A stretch of 64,000 bases of DNA, taken from assembly GCF_018350175.1 (NCBI RefSeq), contig NC_058368.1:72418001-72482000 (forward strand), written 5' to 3'. The notes under the pieces are model-generated. The model had not been told where the DNA came from. It did not search any database and saw nothing but the letters and a program-made list of their open reading frames with translations. Positions 1 through 12,915 of this stretch are shown one piece after another; position 1 is the first letter of the stretch, and every line of letters begins with the position of its first letter. A program made the translations under genes and the position numbers. This DNA comes from Felis catus (lineage: Eukaryota).

Positions 1-152
1 TGCCTGGAGGATTTAGAGGAATAATAATGATTAAAATAATGCATATTAAAAATATTCTAATATCATTATTTTATTCAGTCTTTACTGAATGCTTTACTAT
101 ATGTCAGGCACTTTATTTGGTGCTGGAAACACACTGGTGACAAATGTAACAG

Positions 153-572
153 TGTCAAGAATGGAAAGGACCTGAGGTTTTTGCTTCCTTGAAAGTTAAC
201 AAGTTAGCCTGGCAGTGTCATGGGTGCTGACAGAAGATAGGAGTTTCCTGGGTCTGAGACAAAGGATTTTTTTTTAATAAGAAATTTATTGTCAAATTGG
301 TTTCCATACAATACCCAGTGCTCATCCCAAAAGGTGCCCTCCTCAATACCCATCATCCACCCTCCCCTCCCTCCCATCCCCCATCAACCCTCAGTCTGTT
401 CTCAGTTTTTAAGAGTCTCTTATGCTTGAGACAAAAGATTTTTATTATTACTCGTGTCAAAGCAGGCAGGCATAAATTCCATGTTGATATAAGTTCCTCT
501 TGCTCCCCAGATCTTATGGGGAATTGTAGTGTGGGTCCAGGTTGATACTGAGCACGCTCAAGTATGAATTCA
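153..572 (-). mobile_element. Partial ERVL LTR (LTR40-like), interrupted by an L1 tail
   Basis: Starts tgtcaagaa...aacaagttagcct...gacagaaga...tcctgggtctgagacaaagga, the reverse complement of the 3' end of the LTR at 34477-34989. Confidence 0.75.
271..426 (-). mobile_element. 5'-truncated felid-type L1 3' end
   Basis: Poly(T) then gaaatttattgtcaaattggtttccatacaatacccagtgctcatccc. TSD tgagacaaaggatttt (255-270) / tgagacaaaagatttt (427-442). Confidence 0.88.
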
Positions 573-1216
573 GTATTTTCTGCTTCCTAAGTAAATCCTA
601 TGAATTTATACTTTATCTCAAAATTACTTGTTACATTGAAATATTCAAATTGCGTTACCACTGAATTACTGTATAGCTCTTTATTACCAGTAAAAATGTT
701 TTGATCTGCATTTACTTTTTTCTTTTCAACAATAATTTTATTTCATATGATCTTAGTTGTTTTTTCATCATAAATATCTGAGTCTTACTTTTCCTTTGGT
801 TAGATTTTAAATAACATGTTATTGAACGTATTGATAAATTTTACTAACTTTAACCAACTTATTTTCTTTCTATTTATATTTTCTTCTGCTTTTATTAAGC
901 CTTTGTGTTATCTTTTTATTTTTAAATTCAGAGCTTAGTTGTTTTCTATTCTTTTAATTCATAATTGTTTAACACCACGGATCTCATTGTATACTGATTT
1001 GTTAGCATGTATATTAGGCCACAAGGTTTATATAAAACATCTTGCAGACATTTATGTACTCAAATAGAGACATATAAACCTCTGAGTGCTTAGAATGACA
1101 TTTCTATCCTGCCTTTTGCCCTGATGAGTAGGCTTTTGTGTTCAGGGAAATGGCCTGTTTCTTTGGATATAATAAATTGAAAAATATGTACCGAGTGAAA
1201 TAAATTTATTTTTGTA

Positions 1217-1317
1217 CAGATCTTCCTCAACTTATGATGGAGTTACGTCCTGGTAAATCCATCATAAGTTGAAAATTCATTTAATACCAAACATCATAGC
1301 TGAGCCTGGCCTACCTC
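1217..1317 (+). mobile_element. TcMar-Tigger MITE left-end fragment (MER47/Tigger5-like)
   Basis: TA target then cagatcttcctcaacttatgatggagttacgtcctggtaaatccatcataagttgaaaat...catcatagctgagcctggcctacct. No right TIR seen. Confidence 0.72.
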
Positions 1318-3831
1318 ACAGCAGACAGGCATAAATTTCAGTTTCTCTTGCTCCCCAGATCTTATGTGGAATTGCAGTGTAAGTCCAGGTTGATGCTGAG
1401 CACACACAACTATGAATTCAATGTTACATATTAAATGCATTTAATACCAAACATCATAGCTGAGCCTACCTCAGAAGGTCTGAAGAACTGTCCTAGCTAG
1501 CTTTACCATCCTCTCCCTGCTTGCTGACACTCGAAGAAGCCAGGATACCACTGTTCTGTTCCACCGCGGAGCATGTGGACAAGGGCACTTTCAGGAGGCA
1601 GCAGTTCAGTTCTTCAGAAATGATTAAATTGATGGCAGAAGAAACTGGGCTTGCTGAGACTCGGTCTGCTGATTTCAAAGTTGTTTCTGTGGGCCAGTGT
1701 CTGAGTTCCTTTCCCTGGCTGCTGCCAGCCCCAGGATGACAGTACAGCAGGGACATGAGAGAGATCTGTTGCCAAAAGGCTCAGTGACTTCTGAAGAGGT
1801 GGGTTTTCCTACCAAGTGAATATTCTTTTGATGATGGGCCTACTGCAATGTGCTCAATGTGGAACTAACCGAAGGACATCTGAGAATACTTCAGATGTCC
1901 TGAAATGTGATAATGCACTGCTGAGCTAAACAAGACATTCCTGATGTGTTGCATTCTACTCCTCAGTTTGGTTCAGGACAAAATAACAGGAGGCACGTCT
2001 TTCTACTTTTATATAACGTCTGTGACATTGAAGATAGAAAAAAAAAGTTGATTGTTAAAGACAAACTAAAAAAGGTCAACTACAATGCCCTATTTTCTTC
2101 ATTTTGCTTATTTTGGGATAAATTTCTGGAGTCATATGTGTCCGAATAGCAATGAGATTTTCATGGTAGGCCTTTTTTACCATAGCAACTGCGAAGGACC
2201 ACAGGCAGCAGGGTATTGCTATACTTGGAAGATGTGCCAAATATTCAGAGTGAAGTAGCAGGTGCGTAAGCAGGCAAACAGGGCACATTCACATAGGCAG
2301 TGCTGATGTGTCCCTGTTCCGTCTCCACTGTCTGTCTCAGGCTTCACAGAACATCTCCAAACCAGAAAACACAAGACACTCTTTTACTATGACACAGTTT
2401 GCCTTGGGTTCAAGGTCTCCTTTTTTTTGGCCTATGACTTGCTTTTGGTTTCTGATTCCCTTTGACTTGTGTGACATGTAGGATTCTTGTCTCCTGAGAC
2501 CTCTCATGACTCTGAACTGATCACCCGTGTGACTTGAAAAAACGATCGGCTTTCCATTTCCAAGGACTGTGGATTTTAAAGAGAGTCGTTGGTTTGCTCG
2601 GTAGACATCATGGGTTTGAACGTGTAACTGGGAGAACGAAGCTTTTCTTTATGAGGAAAGGAAATATAAAAACCCTGGAGGAGGTCTGGGAGAGGAAAGG
2701 ACTGCCTGGTTTGGAGAAGAGGGAGTGAAGGAAGCCCGGTGGCTAAAGAAGACGTTTGAAGTCTGTGCCCTCTTTGTGCCCTGGTTGGCTTTCCACATAG
2801 TGGACAGAGTAAACCCTTCTCCTCCTGATTTCATGAAATCTTTAGGAAGACACTGGTTTCTCATCAATCTGATATGAAGTCAGGGCTATTTGTTTTCTGC
2901 TGGCCCCACCAGAAGTTCAACGAAGGGAGGCCAGTTTATTCTGGTCTCTGCTTCAACCCCAACACCAAGCACTGTGCTTGGCACGGAGTGGACACCCAGA
3001 AAATACTTGGTGAACAAATAAGTGACTTATTTATATGGAACAGATAAACTATTTTTTTCTTGATTTATCATCCCACTTCAAGTAATATGTTTCTAGTACA
3101 TGCACTTTTCAAGCCTTTGCTTAGGATAAAAAATATAAAAATCCTTTAATATTTTTAAAATACAGAAAAAAAATGTGAGGCAGGGAAAGCACAATTTACA
3201 TCTACCTTGGGAAACCACTAGTTCTTTGGCCTATGTCTTTCTAGTCATCTTTGTGTATGTTTTTATACAGATGATGTTAACTATAGCATCATTCTCACAC
3301 TTAACTCCAGTGCTTTAAGGAGATATGGATATAGAAAGCTCACAGAAGCATTGACACAACTAAGCTTTCAGAAGAAAGCTTCCTCTTGATCCTATTGTTT
3401 TTCTAATCTGCTTCCTAACAGGCTCATGTGTGAGGCATTGCTTGCAAGGGAGTCTGGGAAATGTAGTTTTTAACACACCAAACTCTTACCTGTCTATTGG
3501 TCTTTGTAATTCTATTTCATTTGTCTAAAACCCTCTTCCTACTACTATTCACAAAACTGACCCATATTGACATATTTCAAGTCTTAATTCAAAATCACCC
3601 TCACAGAGAGACCTCATCTGCCCAGTGAATCAATCACATGGGATCCCACCACCCAGTTCATTTTCTTTGTAGCATTTCTGACAATCTAATTATTCACTTG
3701 TGTCTCTTGGCTTTCTCCTCCAACAGAATGTAATCTCTGTGAGGGCAGGGACTTTGTTTCATTCACTATTGTATCCACAGTACCTAGCACTCTGTCAGGG
3801 CTTTAACACATTAAAAAAAATTTTTTTGGGG

Positions 3832-4065
3832 GGGGCGCCTGTGTGGCTCAGTCGGTTAAGCGTCTGACTTCGGCTCAGGTCATGATCTCGCGGTCTGTGG
3901 GTTCAAGCCCCGCGTCGGGCTCTGTGCTGACAGCTCAGAGCCTGGAGCCTGTTTCAGATTCTGTGTCTCCCTCTTTCTCTGACCCTCCCCTGTTCATGCT
4001 CTCTCTCTCTCTCTCAAAAATAAATAAATGTTAAAAAAATGTTTTTTTAATAAAAAAAATTTTAA
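3832..4065 (+). mobile_element. CAN-SINE (SINEC_Fc type) nested in the tail of the next SINE
   Basis: ggggcgcctgtgtggctcagtcggttaag tRNA-derived head, (CT)n, A-rich tail, several intact CpGs. Flanked by taaaaaaa(a)ttttttt repeats. Confidence 0.95.
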
Positions 4066-4073
4066 TAAAAAAA

Positions 4074-4286
4074 TTTTTTTAACGTTTATTTATTTTTGAG
4101 ACAAAGAGAGAGAGGGAGAGGGAGAGAGGAGTGGGGAAGGTGCGGGGCAGGGCACAAAACCCGAAGCAGGCTCCAGGCTCTGAGATGTCAGTGCAGAGTC
4201 CGATGTGGGGCTCAAACCCACAAACTGTGAGATCATGACCTGAGCCGAAGTCAGATGCTTAACTGACTGAGCCCTCCGGGTGCCCC
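4074..4286 (-). mobile_element. CAN-SINE
   Basis: Reverse SINE body. TSD agggctttaacacatt (3797-3812) / agggctttaacatatt (4287-4302) encloses both SINEs. Confidence 0.95.
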
Positions 4287-5999
4287 AGGGCTTTAACATA
4301 TTTTATATGTCTATTATATTATATAACATATAATATATATACTATAAATTATATAATATATAATATACATTATACATTATATAATAAAACAATATATAAT
4401 ATATAACTTATAATTTATATATTATATATATTATTATGTTAACATTTTATATGTCTATTACATAACATTTGTTATGTAATAGATTCACCCAAAGTTGTAC
4501 CTTTAGTTTCTTTCCAGTTTACTACCATATGAACTGCAATGATACATGTCTTTGCACAAAACCTTTGTCTAGCTTTCTGACAATTTCCTTGGGTCAGTTA
4601 ATAAAAAGGAGAGATAGGATGGTCAAGTCTGGAACATTGTACATTTGCCAAACTACTTTATAGGAATACTATTTCAGTTCACTTTCCGGTCAATGATGTG
4701 TAAGAGCTTGCATTTTATCACTTCACCACTGGAGCTAGGTATTTTCATGTTTAAACCTTTTCTAGTCTTTTACCACTGAATTTTAGAGTTTTTTTCCTTA
4801 TAACTATTTATCAAGTCTTAGTATATTTTGGATATTCATTATTGGTCATATTTTTTGTAATAAAATTTACATTGTTGTATTCTATGCTAGAGGTTTTTAA
4901 TGTCTGTGTAGTTGAACTGATTGATTCTTTAGTGATTTCTTCCATTGTTATAGTTTTTGTCTAGAGACAGTATGAACATTCTATTTTTAATTCATTGATG
5001 TCTTCAGTATTTCAATTCTTTCCGATACTTCCTTTTTTTTTTTTTTTTTACAAACTACATTTTGGGGGCTTTTGAAATTATCTTCTTTATCAAATTTGAA
5101 AGTGACTCATATTAGTAGGTAAGAGAAAACATTACAGGCAAAAAGAAAGACCATTAAATATGGTTTTTATCTTATGTATTTATCTATTTTTGTACCTGTA
5201 GAAAACAAGTACGAAAATCACATTCAAGTACCCATCCCTTGTTTTAACTCTGTTCACATATATAATTGTGCTCTTGTTTTAAATGGAATGATGCCATCAA
5301 ACCTAGTTTGTTTAGCATGCTGTTGTGATTTTTTTCAATATTAATTATTATTAAATAATAATATTATTATCAGTTGGTAAAGTTTGTACATGGACCTGAT
5401 TGTAGGTTTGAAACTGATCATTTGACTTCCCATAGGCTAGGAGGGATGGAGGGGAATTTGATTTTCATGATGCAGGAAGCCAGTCGTCCTTAGTGTCTGA
5501 CTCCAGAGTGGATAGAAGTAACATGCAGTTCTGTATTTCCTTCAAAATACAAACATATCCCTTAGCTGAAGCCCTTAGACTAATCTCTTTGAAAAGTACT
5601 CTTCTCAAATTTCCTGTTCAGGTGACAATTAAATGACCAATGGTTTGTAACTGTGATTTGTTACTATAATAATTGAATTTAACAATATGCCTGCCTAGAC
5701 ATAGATGATGCAGTAACCTGGAAAGAACAAAGAATACTAGAGAAATCGAATCTGCCCTATTCTGATTTCTTAGTCTTCCTCATTTTTTGCCCCTTCCTTT
5801 TTTTTTAATAGTCATTCTCTTCTACTTTAATTTGAAAAACAACAACAACAACAACAAACAAAAAACAAAACAAAACTCCAGGAATAGAATGAATGGGAGA
5901 TTATTTTAATTTTCAGAAACTATGGGTTTACATCTTTGGGTATTACAAATGAGAACTCTGGAGGAAAGTGTAAAGGAAGAGTGAGTGAGTGTAAAGTAG

Positions 6000-6787
6000 T
6001 GTGGCAGATAAACCCTGAGGGAATCCTGATGATTCACACCTTTGCACAATCCATTTCCCTTGAATGGAGCCTGGGAGTTGCCTTTAACTGGTAGAATATT
6101 GCAAAGGTGATGTCACTTTAATGATTATGTTAATGTATGTGGCAAAGATTCTGTTGATGTATTTGTTCCCATTCTGTTGTCTTTGAGATTGTACTAAGGA
6201 AGATTGTACTAAATAGAACTGAATTAATCAAGTGAGTCCTTTAAAAGAAGGTCCAGGCCTTCTAGGAAGTTAGAGTTTTGAAGCAGCAAAACTTCCCTCC
6301 TCCTTTGCTGGCTTTGAAGAAGCAGCTGTTATAAATCCAACAGCCAGAGTAGAATAAATTTCACCAACAACCTGAGGGAGCTTGAGGGTGGACTCTTCCC
6401 TATCTGAGCCACCAGATGAGAACACAGCCTTCATGCCAGCCTTCTGAAATTGGAATAGGAGAATTCAGCTTAGCTGCCTCCACTCTGATCTATAGAAACT
6501 GGAGAAATGGGTGTTGTGGGTTGTTTTTTTTTTAATGTTTATTTATTTTGAGAGAGAGAGCAGGGGAGGGGCAAGGAGTGGGGGAGAGAAAGAGAATCCC
6601 AAGCAGGCCCTGCGCTGGCAGCACAGAGCCTGATACAGGGGTTGAACTCACAAACTGTGAGATCATCACCTGAGCTGACATCAAGAGTCAGATGCTTAAC
6701 TGTTGGAGCCACCCAGGCTCCCCGAAATGGGTGTTGTTTTAAGTCTCTCTGTGCAAATTTGTTATGCTGTAACAGAAAATTAAGGCA
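6000..6787 (+). mobile_element. MaLR solo LTR (MLT1 family) interrupted by a SINE
   Basis: tgtggcaga start, ttgctggctttgaagaagcagctg, caacaacctgagggagcttg, ccagatgagaacacagcc, and aatttgttatgctgtaacagaaaat 3' end. Confidence 0.8.
6518..6723 (-). mobile_element. CAN-SINE inside the MLT1 LTR
   Basis: Perfect TSD gaaatgggtgttgt (6504-6517 / 6724-6737). Confidence 0.95.
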
Positions 6788-7665
6788 AAGAGACTCCTTC
6801 ATGGCATTAGCCAAAGGAAGGAGAATTCCTTCTCTCAGACACAAAAATGGGCAATTCCTGTCTCAGTTTTCAGGTTAATTTGAAATTTTGCCCATGCCTG
6901 AAGAACTGGTCTGGTACTACTTCTTTCTTTGTAGACTCTTTTTTATTAAGGGATGCTGATGAAAACACCAAAGAGTATTCTTGACTTAATCCCCCTCTGA
7001 TTAATGCCAGCACTTATTCCTCTGAGTTTTGAGTTTCCCTACAGTTTAATTTAATTTAATTTTGAACTAGATGACTTTTAAGCCCTTGAGCCCTGAGGTT
7101 CTATGATTTTGTGACCTCAGATTCAAGGACCTACATTTAAGGATGAAGATGTTCTCAGTTTTGTGCTCAACGAGTGATTCTGCATCTCCCCACTTCACTT
7201 CTACCTGGTCAGCATGGTCATTTCAGCCACCCTGTGTTCCTCTTTCCATTCCCACTCTGGATCCACTCCAGATCTCTGTGTCTTCCCTATGCCACTCAAC
7301 ATCCAAGACATTTTTGTCTCTTTTTCTCCTTAAGATTTACCTCCATTTAAGAATTTCTATTTTCTGCTTGACAGCTTTCAAATTTAGAAATGTGGAGCTA
7401 GGCCCATTCCTTTGTGAAATTCATGGTTTCCTGTTTATTTTCCTCGAGAAGAGGTGAACAAATGCGCACGCAGCTTTGAGTGACTGTGAAGTTTGCCTCC
7501 TGATTGGATGTGGATCTTGGAAACATCCTGCCTGAGCTCTAGAACTGTGGGACAATTATTCAAAGGCTGTGAGTGAGTGGGAAGACCATTCCTAGTGGAT
7601 GTGCCATCTTTTAAGAGCCACCAGCATTGCAGGGAGAGGTGGTTATTCTTTGACCAGAGGACATC

Positions 7666-8275
7666 TGCTATAGACCGAATGTCTGTGTCCCCCCAGATTC
7701 ACACGTTGAAAGCCTAAACCCCAACATGATAGTATTTGGAGGGAGGGCCCTTGGGACGTGATTATGTCATGAGGGTAGAGCCCCCATGATGGGGTTAGTG
7801 CCCCTAAAAGAGATCCTGGAGGGGCGCCTGGGTGGCTCAGTTGGTTAAGCATCTGACTTCGGCTCAATCATGATCTCATGTTCTGTGAGTTTGAGCCCCA
7901 TGTTGGGCTCTGTGCTGACAGCTCAGAGCCTGGAGCCTGCTTTGGATTCTGTGTCTCCCTCTCTCTCTGCCTCTCCCCAGTTTGTGCTCTCTCTCTCTCA
8001 AAAAGTAAATAAACATTAAAAAATTAAAAAATGAAAGTGATCCCAGAAGGCAAGCTTGCTCTGTCTACCACATGAGGACACAGAAAAATGACAGCCATGT
8101 ATGAACCAGGAAGTGGGCCCTTACTAGATACCAAATATGCTGGCACATTGATCTCAGACTTTCCAACCTCTAGAACTAAAAAAATTAAAAAAAATTAATT
8201 TTTGTTATTTATAAGCTACTCAGTCTGTAGCTACTCAGTGGTGTTCTGTTATAGCAGCCTAAATAGACTAAGACA
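7666..8275 (+). mobile_element. MaLR solo LTR (MLT1A/MLT1A0-like), full length, interrupted by a SINE
   Basis: tgctatagaccgaatg start to ttatagcagcctaaatagactaagaca end (TG...CA). 5-bp TSD acatc / acctc. Confidence 0.9.
7821..8032 (+). mobile_element. CAN-SINE inside the MLT1A LTR
   Basis: ggggcgcctgggtggctcagttggttaag head, (CT)n, A tail, diverged TSD. Confidence 0.95.
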
Positions 8276-10277
8276 ACCTCCTTTCTGCTACGAATGCTCT
8301 GGATATGTGGCTTCTCATCTATGATGACCTTCCCTTAAGTTGATCTGCATGCCAAGGTCTCTCCTAGTCCCCGCATCTGTGCCTCATTGTCTGAAGCTAA
8401 GATTCAGAATATATTATAACTGAATATATTATAAGAATTGCTTGGGTGTTTCCTGCACCAGGATATAGCAGTGGCTTGGTGCTCTGCCCATTGGTGTGGC
8501 AGGAAATACTTTCATTTGTGCTGGTGAATTCATTTTGTCTGGGATTTCTTCCTTCACTAAAAATCTTGCATTCTTTGACTTAACAAACAAGTAGTGAGTA
8601 ATTACAGTATTCCAGGGAGTGTTCAGAGGGCTATGGAAGGTATAAAGATTAAAAAGAGCTGCCTTTCTCCTGCCAGCTGTAACAAATGTGAAATATATTG
8701 GGAAGGTGACACTGATGTCTGGTGGGTATACATCTGCTGCGGCAGAAGGCTGGTGCATTGTAAGACTTGCTAAATGAGAGCTTCTGGTGTGGAGTCTGGA
8801 GACCCCAAAAGCCTCCAGTGTGATTCTTGTGTATACTAAATTGTAAGACCCTTATTACCTGGTATCCAAATAATGTCATTGTTGATGATGATAAGATAAA
8901 ATACCAAAAAGTCCCCCAAGTTTTTATTATGTCTTTAAGAAAATATTATCATTTCAATTAAAGGGACATAATATACTCCTTAAAATTATTTTTATTAACC
9001 AAAATTAACATTTGGTTGAGGGCTAGAATTCCTGTGTCTTTCTAATTCTCTTGTACTTGTAAGCCTAAGGCTTTTAAAATGGTCTTTCACAATTATACTT
9101 CAGCTTAATGGAGAACCATTGACCCTGTGAAATCAAGTTCTGAAATTGACCTACAAGTAATGAATTTTTAATCAGGATATATTATTCACATCTGCAGTAA
9201 TTATTTTGGACTAATAATATTCTAGATTAACATGATCTTGGAAAATGTCTCACATGCGATACTTCCTGATCTCAAAGCACAACTTTCTAATGAATAATGT
9301 ACAGTTACCTTTATTTTCCTGCAGTGCCTGGGGATGAGGTACTGCTCTGAGCATATGTAGAAGTACATTTTCAACATTCATTTGTTTGTTTGAATTGAAT
9401 CAAATGAAATTAATACCCTAAACTGTAATACTGTCTGCATCATTACTTATTGCTCTGTATCATGAGATTTTAAACATGTCTAATGCTTAATAGATGTCCT
9501 GTGTTTTCATGTGCTGGTATATAAAAGAGGACCCTTCTAAAATTAGAAGCAAAATAGCCTGTATCTAAATTTTCCTTCCTACATACCTCCATCTTTCTGC
9601 ATTATATACAGAAACGTGCTGATTGCTTTATGTAAGTTTAATAATTAAGTATACATTTATTTCTGGATTGAAGATAAAGGGATATATGTGCATCTGAAGG
9701 TGGCCAAAACATTGTTGACATCTCTTAAATACTTGCTAAGTTTCATCATTGAAATGACTTAATATGCTCCAGTGTATAAACGTCTCCTCTGGAAAAAAGT
9801 AATCACTTTTGGAAGTGCATTAATTATTCCAGGTCACCAAGGTGCTCCTTAATGAATCACCTCTAATCATTAGTATTATCTTTTTAGTTATGAGCCATTT
9901 TTAAGAGTTAATTTCCTAAAGACTCTCATTTCTTCTTTTGGTGTCATTTGTGCAGTGAGAGATAAATATTTACAAGTTATGATAAATATAAATTAATTAT
10001 AACTATTAATATTATGATATCCTCAATTTTTTCTTTGTAGCTGTCATCGAAATCACCTGCATTCAATATTTGAAGTTCAGTTTTTCCGATATCCTTTTCA
10101 TATGAAAGTCTAACTCTGAGTCTGAAACAACCACTGAAAATACTGTCTTCAAAACATGAAAATGTGAGCACACTCTTACTTACCTGAACTTGGGTGACTT
10201 CAGTTCCTTGCACCCAACTTTGCTCCAAATGCCCCAGGCTAGAGTAATCGGGGTTGTACTAAGGAGCCCATTAATAT

Positions 10278-10296
10278 TGGCCACCAGAGGGCTCCC
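10278..10296 (+). promoter_or_regulatory. Candidate CTCF binding site
   Basis: TGGCCACCAGAGGGCTCCC versus consensus TGGCCACCAGRGGGCGC. Motif match only. Confidence 0.55.
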
Positions 10297-12740
10297 ATAT
10301 TCCTTCCAAGTATAAAAATACAAAATTCAACTAACATAAAGTTCATCATCAAATAAAAAGTCTTGCAGGAATTTATGATATAGTATCTATAGAGGAGAGA
10401 TGTCCCCAAACCACTGTGTACTTATGCAAAATTATGCTAATGAACAAACTTGAGAAACTAAGCACTTTCTGTAGAACAAAGTGATTAAATTGTGTGGTTG
10501 ATGTTGGTTTTGTTTCTGGAGACCGTGGTGCAGACTTAAAATACTTAATACTGACAATAGGAAAATTGGGTACAAACCTATTATGTGTTTATGAATGATG
10601 TAAAGTGTAGCTGGTTCTAGTTACCGGAGTACAGTTTTTGATCACACACTAGCTATATAGATTATCCTGTTTTTTGTTAGCCCAGTTTTTGATATTACAC
10701 AAAACTTTATTGAACCAATGGTTGGGTTTTTTTGGGTGGGCATTGGTGGCAAGAGGAATAATGTCATGAACTGTGGACATTTCCACTGGGGAGGGAGAAA
10801 AGGATTGCTTCTCCTGAGGGCTCTTCCACTAGTTCTTGTTGAGTTGTGTCAGCTGAGAACCAGTCCCGGGAGCTGAAGCTCCACAGGATAAGTCTCTGGG
10901 TTTCTGGAAGCAGCAGAAGCATTTGTCGTGTGTCTCTTTTGCTATGGTCGTTTCTGGCTCTGACAACCCAGGTGTTGTCCATAGAGTTTATGCAGGCAGG
11001 CGCATTGCTGCATTAAATACAGAGTAGAGTGAGCAGTTAATGGCAATGTTATAATCCACAGCAGAACAAACTTTGAAAACAGCATCTTTAGGAACTCTTT
11101 GAATGCCGGTGAAGCACTTCAAATGAGTCATCAGATTGGTCTTCTCTGTGATGTTTTTAAACCACAATTCATTTATCATCAGTAGCTGAAGATGCTGTTT
11201 AGCCATATTCTACCTTTTCAATTCCTTTTTTTTCTAGAATACATTAGTTATTGCTGCACTTAAATGTGCATCAAAGAGAATAGCAACGTGGAAGGCCTGA
11301 TTAGCTCAATTATACACCCACACCTAGATGCTGTCTTTTTGACTGTAAGACTGAAATATTGTTGCAGAAGAAAATAAAACAATCTGTTCCCCCCTTTATT
11401 TTCCATTATGTTCTTCTGGTCTAAGAATTATTTTGTGTTTTCTTTAGAGAAAGAGAATTAAAAAATAGAGCTAATTTTGGTTTATCTTGTACTTCTTGAA
11501 ATAGTTTAGAGCAGTTTTATGAATTCTGTTTCAATCTGGGATTTTTGATGCTATTTCTCCAAGCAAGCTTTCGCTGAATCCCCCTCTCTTATCCGTTGCT
11601 TTCCCTCCATAAGACCATGGTGATTAAAAAAAACACTCTACTCCTCAGGCTTAGATTACCATGTCTAAATGAGACATAGATATGAAATTATCAGAGTGTA
11701 GAGTCTATTTTAGAAATTCAAGTGGAGTTGGTGTTATTTACAACCACGTAGTAACCAATCTAGTCCAGCACTTCTCCGTGATTCACCGGATTTGGATTTG
11801 ACTCCATTTATGTTCCAGGAAACCCACAATATTGCAGCTGGTAATTAACTTCATTTTAAGACCATTGCTAATCTTGAAGATCAGTTGCTAAGTTCAGACT
11901 ATGCATGAGCAAAAGAAAAGATGAAATTTTTTTTGATAGTGACTGGGTATCACAATAACCCATGAGCTAATTATACTATATTTCATGTTTGTCATGGAAG
12001 TCTTTGAATTAAAAATCAAGGACATTTTTCTGGGTCAGATACATAGATTTTGTTCAGTAAGGTCTTTGCTAATTGCCATACTACTTCTAATTTTCTATTT
12101 TTTAGGAATAAAAATATCTGGAAACATTTTAATTAAAATGTCCAAACTATTTCACATACACCAACTGGTTCCTAGGTTTCTTGAATAACCACTTAAATTA
12201 TGAAATTCAGCATGTATAGATACTACTCCAATTATAGGTATTTACCTTTTAGAAAGAAAGTTTGTTCCTATCTAGACTTTGTGAAGTCGAATTGGCATAA
12301 AATGAACTTTGGCTCAAAAGCTTCTCCTGACATTTATTTGCAAAAGTTTCTATGGCCAGTATTCCTGTAGCTGAGGTGACATTAAGCCTTGTTGGTCACC
12401 AGGGAGGAATGTGGCTTTTCTCTTCACTCATTCTGGGTGTGAGAAGAAAGGAACTACTAGTGGATATGCCAATCTCGATATGCCTCTTTCTGCCCCTAGC
12501 AATACTTGATATTTACATTTCAGGCAAAAGATGAGAAAACTGAATTCCCAGCATAGGGACACAGTGATCAGAGAGAGAACCTGCCTTGCCCAGCTCTTAA
12601 AACCTGCATAAGCAGCTCTTTTTAAAGCCACTAATGATACCTAGAGGCCTTCTAATCTCAAGATGTTGATATATGTACTTATTTTCCCAAGATTTGGTGA
12701 TGTCTTTAACAAAAAAAAATATATAAACATTACCTTAAGA

Positions 12741-12915
12741 CACTGGTGCTCAGTCTTGTCTGCTCATGACAGTCATCTGGGAGTGCTTCTAATTCCTAAG
12801 GCTCAGGCTGCATCACAGACCAGCTAAATGATAATGTCTGTGGTTAGAACGAGGCATCAGGTTTGTAAACCTTCCCCAGGTGACTACAGTATGGAGCCAA
12901 GTTCGAGAATCACTG
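12741..12915. mobile_element. hAT-Charlie MITE (MER5A-like)
   Basis: Degenerate TIRs cactggtgctca / cgagaatcactg, internal ggcatcag...ccccaggtga, 8-bp TSD remnant ccttaaga / ccttacaa. Confidence 0.75.

Noticed and set aside
1493..1756. Overlapping 72-87 aa ORFs in a GC-richer patch, possible processed pseudogene
   Set aside because: No recognisable protein similarity, poly(A) tail or TSD. A translated database search would be needed to exclude it fully.
3832..3915. tRNA-like A/B boxes at SINE heads
   Set aside because: CAN-SINEs are tRNA-derived. Each continues into SINE body and tail, with no standalone tRNA gene.
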